Source: [Bacillus] selenitireducens MLS10 (lineage in GTDB: Bacteria > Bacillota > Bacilli > Bacillales > Salisediminibacteriaceae). From it: 32,000 bases of DNA. This document shows, in pieces, positions 16,159-24,293 of the stretch. The position numbers and the translations under genes are program-made. The DNA lies in assembly GCF_000093085.1 (NCBI RefSeq), contig NC_014219.1:1634384-1666383 (forward strand), written 5' to 3'. The notes beneath the pieces were generated by a model. The model worked only from the letters and a program-made list of their open reading frames with translations. It was not told the DNA's origin and ran no database searches. Each line of letters begins with the position of its first letter. Positions within the stretch are counted from its first letter, which is position 1.

Positions 16159-16845
16159 ATGGCAATGACACTGACAATGAACGACGTCCCAAAGGTGGAG
16201 CGCCCGAGGGAACGCATGCTGTTTGAAGGTCCGGAGGCATGTACGAATCAGGATCTGATCGCGATTCTTCTCGGCTCAGGGACGAAGAAAGAATCGGTTC
16301 TCGATCTGTCGAACCGCGTGATCAGTCACTTTAACGGAATCCGTCTCCTTGAAGAGGCGACGATTCAGGAGCTTACGGCACTGAGCGGGATCGGTGAGGC
16401 GAAGGCTGTTCAGCTGAGAGCGGCCATTGAACTCGGGAAACGCATCCGCAGTTATCCGAAGGAAATGAAGTATGTGATCCGCTCCCCGAAAGATGCGTCG
16501 GATTTTGTGATGGAAGATATGCGCACGTTGACGCAGGAGCACTTCGTCTGTTTGTTTTTGTCGACGAAGAATCAGGTCATTCACCGGCAGACGATCTTCA
16601 TCGGCAGTCTGAACATGAGCGTCGTGCACCCGAGAGAGATTTTCAAGGCGGCCCTTCGCTACTCGGCGGCTTCGATGATCTGCATTCACAATCATCCGTC
16701 CGGGGATACGGCTCCGAGTCAGGAGGACATCGATGTGACGAAGCGGCTCGTTGAAGTCGGCAAAACCATTGGCATCGACGTCCTTGATCACGTGATTGTC
16801 GGGGATCACAGCTTTTGTTCATTAAAAGAAAAGGGTTACGTCTGA
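16159..16845 (+). CDS. radC: RadC-family JAMM-motif protein
   Basis: ATG 16159 lies 7 nt after AGGAGG. It has an HhH-like region (LSGIGEAKAVQL) and the JAMM motif HNHPSGDTAPSQED. The longer ORF-track start at 15982 overlaps maf and is rejected. Confidence 0.9.
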   Translation: MAMTLTMNDVPKVERPRERMLFEGPEACTNQDLIAILLGSGTKKESVLDLSNRVISHFNGIRLLEEATIQELTALSGIGEAKAVQLRAAIELGKRIRSYPKEMKYVIRSPKDASDFVMEDMRTLTQEHFVCLFLSTKNQVIHRQTIFIGSLNMSVVHPREIFKAALRYSAASMICIHNHPSGDTAPSQEDIDVTKRLVEVGKTIGIDVLDHVIVGDHSFCSLKEKGYV

Positions 16846-16856
16846 AATTCCCGCAC

Positions 16857-16902
16857 ACACCTCGGTTCTGTAATGATATACTACAGAGCAGAGGTGTTTT
16901 TT
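16857..16902 (+). terminator. Intrinsic terminator after radC
   Basis: ACACCTC/GAGGTGT outer stem and TCTGTA/TACAGA inner stem, followed by a T-run at 16897-16902. Confidence 0.7.
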
Positions 16903-17014
16903 GTACTTCAGAAATGTTTAACGCCGATAAAGGATGATCGTATACGTGCAACGGAGGCTTTCGCCATTGAGGCTTGGCGAGAAGCCGCGTTTCCTTTATG
17001 GCCCGGATGACACC
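16903..17014 (+). repeat. Unassigned conserved structured element, copy A (paired with 29218-29335)
   Basis: A hand alignment gives 80 of 96 identical positions with copy B. A nested hairpin is conserved: TAAAGGA (16928-16934)/TCCTTTA (16992-16998) encloses GGCTT-TCGCCA-loop8-TGGCGA-g-AAGCC (16956-16986). It starts directly after a terminator T-run. Confidence 0.6.
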
Positions 17015-17094
17015 GGCAGCTCACGATCGGCAAAGGCTTTGATACCTCAGGCTAGGAAGAATTGAGGAATTTCATGTGATCCATGTAAAACCCT

Positions 17095-17122
17095 ACTCAA
17101 TCAACCTCTGATTGAGTATAAT
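17095..17122 (+). promoter_or_regulatory. Candidate mreB promoter -10 overlapped by a perfect 9-bp inverted repeat
   Basis: ACTCAATCA (17095-17103), a 5-nt loop, then TGATTGAGT (17109-17117). TATAAT sits at 17117-17122. The -35 position reads only TACTCA. Confidence 0.35.
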
Positions 17123-17248
17123 AAGGCGTACCGGGTTTTGCCGGTATTGCTCATTGATGATAATCGATCAAAAAAATGACAAAACGATACGATGCTTATA
17201 CGCACAGAAGCAAAAAGCTTCTTGACGATTGAAGGGAGAAATTGATTC

Positions 17249-18286
17249 ATGTTTGCAGGATTTTCGAAAGACCTTGGGATTGACCTCGGGACAGCCAATA
17301 CACTCGTTTATGTAAAAGGAAAAGGCGTTATTTTAAGGGAGCCGTCCGTTGTGGCGATCCGTCAGGATACAGGACATATTGAAGCCGTCGGCAGTGATGC
17401 ACGGAATATGATTGGGCGTACACCGGGAAATATTGTGGCGATTCGTCCGATGCGGGACGGTGTGATTGCAGACTTTGACACGACGGCGACCATGATGAAG
17501 TATTTTATCCGTCAGGCACTCAGAAACCGCTCGATTTTCACGCGAAAACCGAATGTCATGGTCTGCGTACCGTCCGGCATTACGGCCGTTGAGAAGCGTG
17601 CTGTGGAGGATGCGACGAAGCAGGCAGGCGCCAAGGAAGCTTATACGATTGAGGAACCGTTTGCCGCAGCAATCGGGGCGAATCTGCCGGTATGGGAACC
17701 GACGGGAAGCATGGTTGTTGACATCGGTGGCGGTACGACGGAAGTGGCGATCATCTCCCTCGGGGGGATTGTCACAAGCCAGTCCGTCCGCGTGGCCGGT
17801 GATGAGATGGATGAGTCCATCGTGCAGTATATCAAACGAACATACAGCCTGATGATCGGGGAGCGTACAGCGGAATCGATCAAGTTCGAAATCGGCTCGG
17901 CATCGAAGGAGCATCCGGGTGGCGATATGGATATTCGCGGCCGGGATCTCGTCACAGGCCTGCCAAAGACAATGACGATTACCGGCAGTGAGATTGCCGG
18001 GGCTCTTGAAGATACGGTCAATGCGATCGTCGCTGCGGTCAAGGATACCCTCGAACAGTCTCCGCCTGAACTCGCAGCGGATATTATGGACCGGGGTATC
18101 GTTCTGACGGGCGGCGGTGCGCTCTTAAAGAACCTCGATCACGTCCTTGGCAACGAGACGAATATGCCGGTACACGTGGCGGAAGATCCCCTTGACAGCG
18201 TGGCGATCGGGACCGGTAAGGCCCTTGAGAACCTCCATCTGTTCCGCTCGAAGGCGGGCATTACCGCACGTTCAAATCGAAAATAA
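17249..18286 (+). CDS. mreB: Rod-shape-determining actin homolog MreB
   Basis: [23 protein letters not shown]..., [10 protein letters not shown] and [11 protein letters not shown] motifs. GAAGGGAG RBS. Confidence 0.95.
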   Translation: MFAGFSKDLGIDLGTANTLVYVKGKGVILREPSVVAIRQDTGHIEAVGSDARNMIGRTPGNIVAIRPMRDGVIADFDTTATMMKYFIRQALRNRSIFTRKPNVMVCVPSGITAVEKRAVEDATKQAGAKEAYTIEEPFAAAIGANLPVWEPTGSMVVDIGGGTTEVAIISLGGIVTSQSVRVAGDEMDESIVQYIKRTYSLMIGERTAESIKFEIGSASKEHPGGDMDIRGRDLVTGLPKTMTITGSEIAGALEDTVNAIVAAVKDTLEQSPPELAADIMDRGIVLTGGGALLKNLDHVLGNETNMPVHVAEDPLDSVAIGTGKALENLHLFRSKAGITARSNRK

Positions 18287-18302
18287 CAAGTAGGTGTCCG
18301 AA

Positions 18303-19169
18303 ATGCCTTCATTTTTTTCCAATAAACGTCTGATTGTCCTCCTGGTGTGCCTGGTGCTGCTCGTTGGCCTTGTTGGGTATTCCATGAGTGACCGAAAAGC
18401 GATGACACTCCCTGAACAGCTTGTGACAGATACGGTCGGAGCCGTGCAGTCCGCTTTTTCAAGACCCGCTCATTTTGCAGCGGGTTTCTTTGAGGATATG
18501 CGTGACATCCGAAACGTCTTTGAAGAGAACCGTTCATTGAAAGCGCAGCTTGATGAATATGCCGCCCTTCAGGTGGAAGTCAGTGAACTGAGACGGCGCA
18601 ATGCTGAACTCGAAGGTGCTGCGGGACTTGAAGAGGATCTCTATGACTTTACCGTCCGCACAGCCCTTGTCATTCAGCGTTCACCGGACCGGTGGAACGA
18701 GCAGGTGGGGATCAATAAAGGAGCGCAGCACGGGATTGAGGAGAATATGGCTGTGGTCACGAGCCAGGGACTGATCGGGAAGATCAACCGGGTGTCCCAG
18801 TTCTCATCCACAGTACAGCTCCTCAGTGACCAGGCGGTGACCAACCGGATTTCGGCGATGGTTACCGGAGGCGATGAGACCGTATACGGGTTTATCGAAG
18901 GGATCGATCATGACAGCGGTGCGCTTCGTTTTGCGAAGATCGACATCGATGCAGAGATTGAACCGGGCGAGACGGTGACGACGTCAGGACTCGGCGGAAT
19001 CTTTCCCCGGGGCCTCGTCGTCGGGGAAGTGCTCTCTGTGGAAAATGATGAATTCGGTCTGACACAGACGGCTCTCGTTGAACCGACGGCGGATTTCTAT
19101 CACATTGACTACGTACAGGTCGTTGAGCGCGGTGCTTCTTCACTTGAGGAGGAAGGTGACGGAGAATGA
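18303..19169 (+). CDS. mreC: Rod-shape-determining protein MreC
   Basis: I prefer ATG 18303 (MPSFFSNKRLIVLL...), 6 nt after AGGTG. It has a TM helix, a coiled coil and beta-barrel domains, and lies between mreB and mreD. Confidence 0.9.
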   Translation: MPSFFSNKRLIVLLVCLVLLVGLVGYSMSDRKAMTLPEQLVTDTVGAVQSAFSRPAHFAAGFFEDMRDIRNVFEENRSLKAQLDEYAALQVEVSELRRRNAELEGAAGLEEDLYDFTVRTALVIQRSPDRWNEQVGINKGAQHGIEENMAVVTSQGLIGKINRVSQFSSTVQLLSDQAVTNRISAMVTGGDETVYGFIEGIDHDSGALRFAKIDIDAEIEPGETVTTSGLGGIFPRGLVVGEVLSVENDEFGLTQTALVEPTADFYHIDYVQVVERGASSLEEEGDGE

Positions 19170-19693
19170 TCTTCCGCTATGGCTTTCTCATCCTCCTTTT
19201 TGCGGTCTTTGTCCTCGAAGGAACCGTCTATCAGGTGTTTGCACCGGATTTCCGGGGCTCAGATCAGCTGTATATTCCCCGGCTTTTGTTCATGCTGATT
19301 ATTACGGCAGGGATTTTCCGCGGAAGGGGTTATGGCCTGTTGTATGCCGTAATCTTCGGTGCCTTCTACGATATCGTCTATTCCGAGGTGCTCGGGGTTT
19401 ACACATTCGGGATGGGCTTTACGGCTTACTTTCTGTCATTGTCCTATCCGGTTGTGAAGCGTAATTTATCCATCGTTGTGGCCATTACCGTTTTCGCAGT
19501 TGCATTCCTAGAATATTATGTTTATGGTATGATGAGCTTAGTCGGCATCACCACGGTTTCACACGAGTTTTTTTTCTGGTCACGCCTCGTGCCGACACTG
19601 ATTATGAATGCTGTTATCATCATTGTGCTCGTCTGGCCATTGAAGAAATGGTTTGACTATGTGGAGACGAGACTGAGTCATTCCGAACCGTAA
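19166..19693 (+). CDS. mreD: Rod-shape-determining protein MreD
   Basis: ATGA start/stop overlap with mreC. 175-aa polytopic membrane protein in the conserved position. Confidence 0.85.
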   Translation: MIFRYGFLILLFAVFVLEGTVYQVFAPDFRGSDQLYIPRLLFMLIITAGIFRGRGYGLLYAVIFGAFYDIVYSEVLGVYTFGMGFTAYFLSLSYPVVKRNLSIVVAITVFAVAFLEYYVYGMMSLVGITTVSHEFFFWSRLVPTLIMNAVIIIVLVWPLKKWFDYVETRLSHSEP

Positions 19694-19729
19694 CACAAAC
19701 CGTGATTCTGCAAAGAGAGGTGCAAACCG

Positions 19730-20467
19730 ATGTCAGAGGGACAAGAAGAAGTGGAACTCGTCCAGATCCGAGGCACGAAGAGCGGCCTCGCCATTCAGCT
19801 TGACGATCAGGCAGAGTGGGATAAAGTCACGGAGCGGCTTAAGCGGATCCTTGACGATCAGCCAACGAATCATTCAACGGTCAGCGCGTCCCTGGTTATG
19901 GGCAAGCGCTACGTCACCGACCGGGAAACGGGCCGTCTCTGCGCATGGCTGAAAAATCAGTACAATCTTGATATTCACGATGTGGATAAAGAAGTCATTA
20001 CCCTTGAAGAAGCCAATGCGATGATTGAGGAACAGACCTTTCATCAGGAGATCCGCATGGTACGTTCGGGTCAGGTATTGGACGTAAAGGGCCATGTCCT
20101 TCTGATTGGTGACGTCAATCCCGGCGGCCTGATTCGGGCAACGGGAAACATATACATATTGGGCTACTTGCGGGGCATCGCCCACGCAGGGGCCTCAGGG
20201 AACGAAGAAGCCGTCGTATGCGCGGCGTTTATGGAACCCCGTCAGATTCGTATTGCCACCTCGATCTACCGTTCACCGGACGATGAGCCTGAAGAGGACT
20301 TGGATGCGGTCAACGAAAAAAAGGAGCCGGTGGATACAGAGCCGGATCAGGGGACACTTGAATGTGCCTTCCTGAATGAGGATCGGCAAATGACGATTGA
20401 ACGCATACAGAAGCTGCCGAAGCACCGGGTCAAGGTCGATATGGCGTTTCAGTATGCCAATGGGTAA
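19730..20467 (+). CDS. minC: Septum site-determining protein MinC
   Basis: It lies upstream of minD. The C-terminal beta-helix region reads GDVNPGGLIRATGNIYILGYLRGIAHAG. Confidence 0.9.
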   Translation: MSEGQEEVELVQIRGTKSGLAIQLDDQAEWDKVTERLKRILDDQPTNHSTVSASLVMGKRYVTDRETGRLCAWLKNQYNLDIHDVDKEVITLEEANAMIEEQTFHQEIRMVRSGQVLDVKGHVLLIGDVNPGGLIRATGNIYILGYLRGIAHAGASGNEEAVVCAAFMEPRQIRIATSIYRSPDDEPEEDLDAVNEKKEPVDTEPDQGTLECAFLNEDRQMTIERIQKLPKHRVKVDMAFQYANG

Positions 20468-20505
20468 CGGCTCTTAATGGAGCAGATGAAAGGGGAGAGT
20501 AGAAC

Positions 20506-21312
20506 ATGGGAGAAGCCATCGTGATAACATCAGGAAAGGGCGGGGTCGGCAAGACGACGACCACGGCGAACATCGGAACCGCCCTTGCCCTGTCCGGAAA
20601 AAAAGTCTGTCTGGTGGATACGGACATCGGGCTGCGTAATCTCGATGTGGTTATGGGTCTCGAAAACCGTATTATCTATGACCTGACGGATGTCATTGAA
20701 GGAAGCTGCCGCATTCCGCAGGCACTGATTAAAGATAAGCGGTTTGAACACCTCAACCTTTTGCCTGCGGCCCAGACGAAAGACAAGACGGCAGTCAATC
20801 CGGAAGATCTCGCCTGGCTTGTGTCAGAGCTCAAGCAGGACCATGATTATGTCCTCATCGACTGCCCTGCCGGGATTGAACAGGGATTCAAAAATGCCAT
20901 CGCCGGTGCGGATCACGCCATTGTCGTGACGACTCCGGAAGTGTCGTCAGTCCGTGATGCGGACCGGATTATCGGCCTTCTTGAACAGGAAGACCGGATT
21001 CAGTCGAAGCGGATGATCGTCAACCGCATCCGAAGCCGCATGGTGCAGGCGGGGGATGCCATGGATGTGGATGAGATCGTCACGATTCTCGCCATCGATC
21101 TGTTGGGGATTGTGCCGGATGATGACAGTGTCATCCTCTCGTCCAATAACGGCCAGCCCATCGTCATGGATCCGAAAGCAAAACCGTCCATCGCCTACCG
21201 GAATATCGCCAGGAGGCTGAACGGGGAGAGCGTGCCGCTGATGAGCTTTGAAGAGGAACCGGGGATGCTTGACCGTGTGAAGAAAATGTTCTCTTTTTCA
21301 AAAAATAAATGA
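20506..21312 (+). CDS. minD: Septum site-determining ATPase MinD
   Basis: Deviant Walker A GKGGVGKTT. Full-length ParA/MinD pattern with a C-terminal amphipathic helix (KKMFSFSK). Confidence 0.95.
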   Translation: MGEAIVITSGKGGVGKTTTTANIGTALALSGKKVCLVDTDIGLRNLDVVMGLENRIIYDLTDVIEGSCRIPQALIKDKRFEHLNLLPAAQTKDKTAVNPEDLAWLVSELKQDHDYVLIDCPAGIEQGFKNAIAGADHAIVVTTPEVSSVRDADRIIGLLEQEDRIQSKRMIVNRIRSRMVQAGDAMDVDEIVTILAIDLLGIVPDDDSVILSSNNGQPIVMDPKAKPSIAYRNIARRLNGESVPLMSFEEEPGMLDRVKKMFSFSKNK

Positions 21313-21328
21313 TCCGTTCCTGACGATT

Positions 21329-21363
21329 TCTCCCGCCAGTTTTCTGGACCGGGAGATTTTTTT
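21329..21363 (+). terminator. Intrinsic terminator after minD
   Basis: TCTCCCG/CGGGAGA stem with an inner CCAG/CTGG stem, followed by TTTTTTT. Confidence 0.8.
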
Positions 21364-21488
21364 GTCCTTAGGGAAATGTTCCTTTTGGCTCCTCCTTGAG
21401 AAGCCCGATAACAGGGCTTCGGTGTGAGATTTTGTAACAGCTGATCCTTAGAGCGGCAAGGGGTTCGCCCTTGGAATGTCAAATACAC
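21364..21488 (+). repeat. Possible decayed third copy of the element seen at 16903 and 29218
   Basis: It also starts right after a terminator T-run, with GTCCTTAGGGAAATGTT (compare GTACTTCAGAAATGTT and GTACTATAGGAATGTT). It contains TTGAGAAGCC, which equals the copy A sequence minus 10 nt, and ends ...AATACAC. The central hairpin is not conserved. Confidence 0.3.
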
Positions 21489-21521
21489 TAAAAAAATATC
21501 AAAAAAAGTTTCATGAAACAC

Positions 21522-21550
21522 TTGAAAACGATACCATAACGAATTATAAT
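21522..21550 (+). promoter_or_regulatory. Sigma-A promoter of the sugar-binding-protein gene
   Basis: TTGAAA (21522-21527), an exact 17-nt spacer, then TATAAT (21545-21550). Confidence 0.6.
21523..21536. promoter_or_regulatory. LacI-family operator / cre-like half-conserved site overlapping the -35
   Basis: TGAAAACGATACCA. The left half fits TGAAANCG and the right half is degenerate. Confidence 0.4.
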
Positions 21551-21558
21551 ACGAAGTA

Positions 21559-21572
21559 TGAAAACGATTACA
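21559..21572. promoter_or_regulatory. LacI-family operator / cre-like palindrome just downstream of the -10
   Basis: TGAAAACGATTACA has 12 of 14 palindromic positions. It fits both the cre consensus WTGNAANCGNWNNCW and the generic LacI/GalR operator shape. Confidence 0.55.
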
Positions 21573-21639
21573 GGTAACCGTCAATGACTTTTATTCGAGA
21601 AAACGAAGGAAAGGGGATTGATTTTTTATTCACCAAACC

Positions 21640-21653
21640 TGAAATCGTTATCA
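21640..21653. promoter_or_regulatory. LacI-family operator / cre-like site in the leader
   Basis: TGAAATCGTTATCA, 43 nt before the start codon. Confidence 0.5.
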
Positions 21654-21695
21654 TGTTGATCACGTCTATTTATTAATCAAAGGGGGCAACAACAC

Positions 21696-23060
21696 ATGAA
21701 AGTATGGAAAAAGGTAGTCACAGGTTCTGTCGCTTTGACAATGGCGGGCGCACTCGCAGCCTGCGGGAACGATGGCAACAACGAAGAGAACGCACCGGCC
21801 AACGACCCGGCGGATAATAACGCCAACGAGAATGATGCCAACGACAATGACAATGCCAACAGTAATGAAGCTGCTGAAGACCAGGAGGAAGTCACAATCA
21901 CATACGCACGCGGCTATGATGCAACAGGCGCAACGGATGTACTGATTGATGCATTCATGGAAGAGCACCCTCATATTACGGTTGAATTCCGGGAAATGCC
22001 GGCTGACACAGGTCAGTCCCATGACCAGTACGTAACGGAGTTCAGTGCAGGTGATGACACGATCGACGTCTTTGATGCCGACGTTATCTGGCCGGCAGAA
22101 TTTGCTCAGGCGCAGTACGTCCTGGAACTTGACCGCTTTATTGAGCGCGACGGCATTGACATGGATGAATTCTTCCCTGGAACCGTTGAAGCAGGTCAAT
22201 ACGAAGGCCGCCAGTGGGCGATGCCGAAATTTACCGATGCGGGCGTTCTTTACTACCGCTCCGACATCGTGGACACACCACCTGAAACGTGGGACGAGCT
22301 GATCGAAATGGCTGGCGAGTACATGGGTCAGGAAGGTACTGAATACGGTTACCTGATGCAGGCGAACCAGTATGAAGGCCTTGTCGTGAACGCGGTTGAG
22401 TTTATCGGTGCATACGGCGGAGCAGTTCTTGACGAGAACGAGAACGTTGTCGTAAACTCTCCGGAAACCGTAGCGGCCATTGAAAAGATGGTGGAAATCG
22501 TTAATTCCGACATCACACCAAGCAACATCAACAACTTTATGGAAACTGAAACACACAACGCCTTCCTGAACGGCGATGCAGTGTTTGCCCGTAACTGGCC
22601 TTACATGCAGGCGATGACTGAAAATGAAGAAGAGTCCAATATCGTGGGCAATTCCGCATTCTCCCTTCTTCCGGCAGGTGACGCAGGAAGCGCGTCCGGT
22701 CTCGGCGGATGGATGACGATGATTAACCGTAACTCCAACCACCCTGAAGAAGCGTGGGAGCTGATGAAGTTTATGTCCAGCTATGAAGGACAGAAGATTT
22801 CAGCTATCGAAGGCGGAAACGCGCCAACAATGCGTTCCCTTTACGATGACGAAGAAGTTCGTGATTCTGCGCCACTCTTTGCGGACGAAGGCTTTGTAGA
22901 GACGCTTGAGAATGCAGTACCGCGTCCGGTTTCACCAATCTACCCACAGATTTCCGACCTGATGCAGATCGAAATTTCCCGTGCTCTTGCGGAAGATATC
23001 ACACCACAGGAAGCCGTGGAAAATATGGAACAGGCAATTACAGACGCACTAGCTGAATAA
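21696..23060 (+). CDS. ABC transporter extracellular sugar-binding lipoprotein (family 1, CUT1 type)
   Basis: Lipobox LAAC|G followed by an N/D/A/E-rich tether. The length and motifs (WPYM, GGW) fit carbohydrate solute-binding proteins. The substrate is not assignable. Confidence 0.88.
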   Translation: MKVWKKVVTGSVALTMAGALAACGNDGNNEENAPANDPADNNANENDANDNDNANSNEAAEDQEEVTITYARGYDATGATDVLIDAFMEEHPHITVEFREMPADTGQSHDQYVTEFSAGDDTIDVFDADVIWPAEFAQAQYVLELDRFIERDGIDMDEFFPGTVEAGQYEGRQWAMPKFTDAGVLYYRSDIVDTPPETWDELIEMAGEYMGQEGTEYGYLMQANQYEGLVVNAVEFIGAYGGAVLDENENVVVNSPETVAAIEKMVEIVNSDITPSNINNFMETETHNAFLNGDAVFARNWPYMQAMTENEEESNIVGNSAFSLLPAGDAGSASGLGGWMTMINRNSNHPEEAWELMKFMSSYEGQKISAIEGGNAPTMRSLYDDEEVRDSAPLFADEGFVETLENAVPRPVSPIYPQISDLMQIEISRALAEDITPQEAVENMEQAITDALAE

Positions 23061-23073
23061 CATCAACGGTGCA

Positions 23074-23105
23074 GGGGGATGTTGAACACTCTGTTCACAT
23101 CCCCC
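23074..23105 (+). terminator. Strong hairpin after the binding-protein gene (possible partial terminator, weak T-tract)
   Basis: GGGGGATGTTGAACA-ctc-TGTTCACATCCCCC with one bulge. It is followed by TAACTGTTTAT rather than a clean T-run. Confidence 0.45.
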
Positions 23106-23199
23106 TAACTGTTTATAAGGATGAACTCTGCTATAATGAAAGGTGGTTCCGTTTTCAAGAACTGACCAAGTATTTTATAGAGATCGGCAGGAGATGGCA

Positions 23200-24189
23200 A
23201 TGGCTACAATCAAAGAAGTCGCAAAACGCACTGGTATGTCACCTACGACCGTATCCAGAGTCATAAACAATCATCCGTATGTCGATGATAAAAAACGGAG
23301 AATCGTGCTTGAAGCCATGGATGAACTGGGCTATGTGCCGAACTCTTCAGCAAGAAGGCTGCGGGGCCAAAAGACGAATACGATCGCTGTCATTATCTCA
23401 CGGATCGTCAATCCATTCTTCAGCCACCTGGTTGATGCCATGGAACTGATTGCAGGAGAGAAAGGCTATCAGCTGATTCTCTGCGATTCGAGGCTCGATA
23501 AAGAGCGTGAACTGAGACACTTGGAACTTTTGAAAGCAAAGCAGGTGGATGGTGTCATCCTCGCATCGCTTCAAAATGACTGGGAGACCATCAAGCCGTT
23601 TACGAAATACGGACCGATTGTGATGTGTAACGAATATGACCGTCGTGCCGAACTGCCCATGATCAGATGCAACCAGTATGAGGGCGGCTATATCGGTACG
23701 AAACACCTGATCGAAAAAGGGCACACGAACATTGCCTATGCTGGCGGTGCCAATCGCATTGAACTCACATATGACCGTTGGAAAGGATTCATGAAGGCCA
23801 TGGATGAGCATGGACTGACGATTCCGGATGAATGGATGTTTCCGAGTTTTTACGGGATCGAGGATGGGAAGAATATTTTCCACAGGATCTATGCCATGCA
23901 AAATGGCCCGACTGCGATTTTTGCCGGCGGTGACGAAGTGGCAGCAGGTATTATTCAAGAAGCGAAACGGTTTCATTGCCGTGTTCCTGATGATCTGGCT
24001 GTCGTCGGATACGATGACCAGCCCCTGGCAAGTTTGATAGACCCGGGGATCACGACGATTAATCAGCCGACAAAACTCATGGGGACAAGGGCAATGGAAA
24101 TTATGGTGGACATGATAAAAAACCAGCGCAAAGTGACATTCAAAGAGGAAATCCTTCCACTGGAGCTTGTCATCAGGCAATCAACCTGA
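23200..24189 (+). CDS. LacI/GalR-family transcriptional regulator
   Basis: I prefer ATG 23200 (MATIKEVAKRTGMSPTTVSRVINN, an HTH), 6 nt after GGCAGGAG. The periplasmic-binding-fold effector domain includes VVGYDD. A TGcTATAAT extended -10 sits at 23129-23137. Confidence 0.9.
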   Translation: MATIKEVAKRTGMSPTTVSRVINNHPYVDDKKRRIVLEAMDELGYVPNSSARRLRGQKTNTIAVIISRIVNPFFSHLVDAMELIAGEKGYQLILCDSRLDKERELRHLELLKAKQVDGVILASLQNDWETIKPFTKYGPIVMCNEYDRRAELPMIRCNQYEGGYIGTKHLIEKGHTNIAYAGGANRIELTYDRWKGFMKAMDEHGLTIPDEWMFPSFYGIEDGKNIFHRIYAMQNGPTAIFAGGDEVAAGIIQEAKRFHCRVPDDLAVVGYDDQPLASLIDPGITTINQPTKLMGTRAMEIMVDMIKNQRKVTFKEEILPLELVIRQST

Positions 24190-24228
24190 TGGGAAGGGTC
24201 TGGTGACGGGGATTTCCATACCCTCTTC

Positions 24229-24242
24229 TGAAATCGATTTCA
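24229..24242. promoter_or_regulatory. Perfect 14-bp LacI-family operator / cre-like palindrome upstream of the permease genes
   Basis: TGAAATCGATTTCA is perfectly palindromic and lies 52 nt before ATG 24294. Confidence 0.65.
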
Positions 24243-24293
24243 TATATCAGGAAAAAAGCATGACTTGCTTATCAGGTTGAAGGAGGATCAAAC

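Noticed and set aside
16916-16944. SigB-type promoter reading of the repeat element (GTTTAA ... GGAT(G/T)A).
   Set aside because: GTTTAA is present in both copies. However, the only GGGTAT-like hexamer lies just 10 nt downstream, against the 12-15 nt needed. The ECF-type TTTAAC-N16-CGTATA reading fits copy A better and is kept as an alternative in the findings.
23069-23266. 65-aa ORF between the binding-protein gene and lacI, and the longer lacI start at 23143.
   Set aside because: Both cover the terminator-like hairpin and the TGcTATAAT promoter. The HTH begins right at ATG 23200, which has proper RBS spacing.
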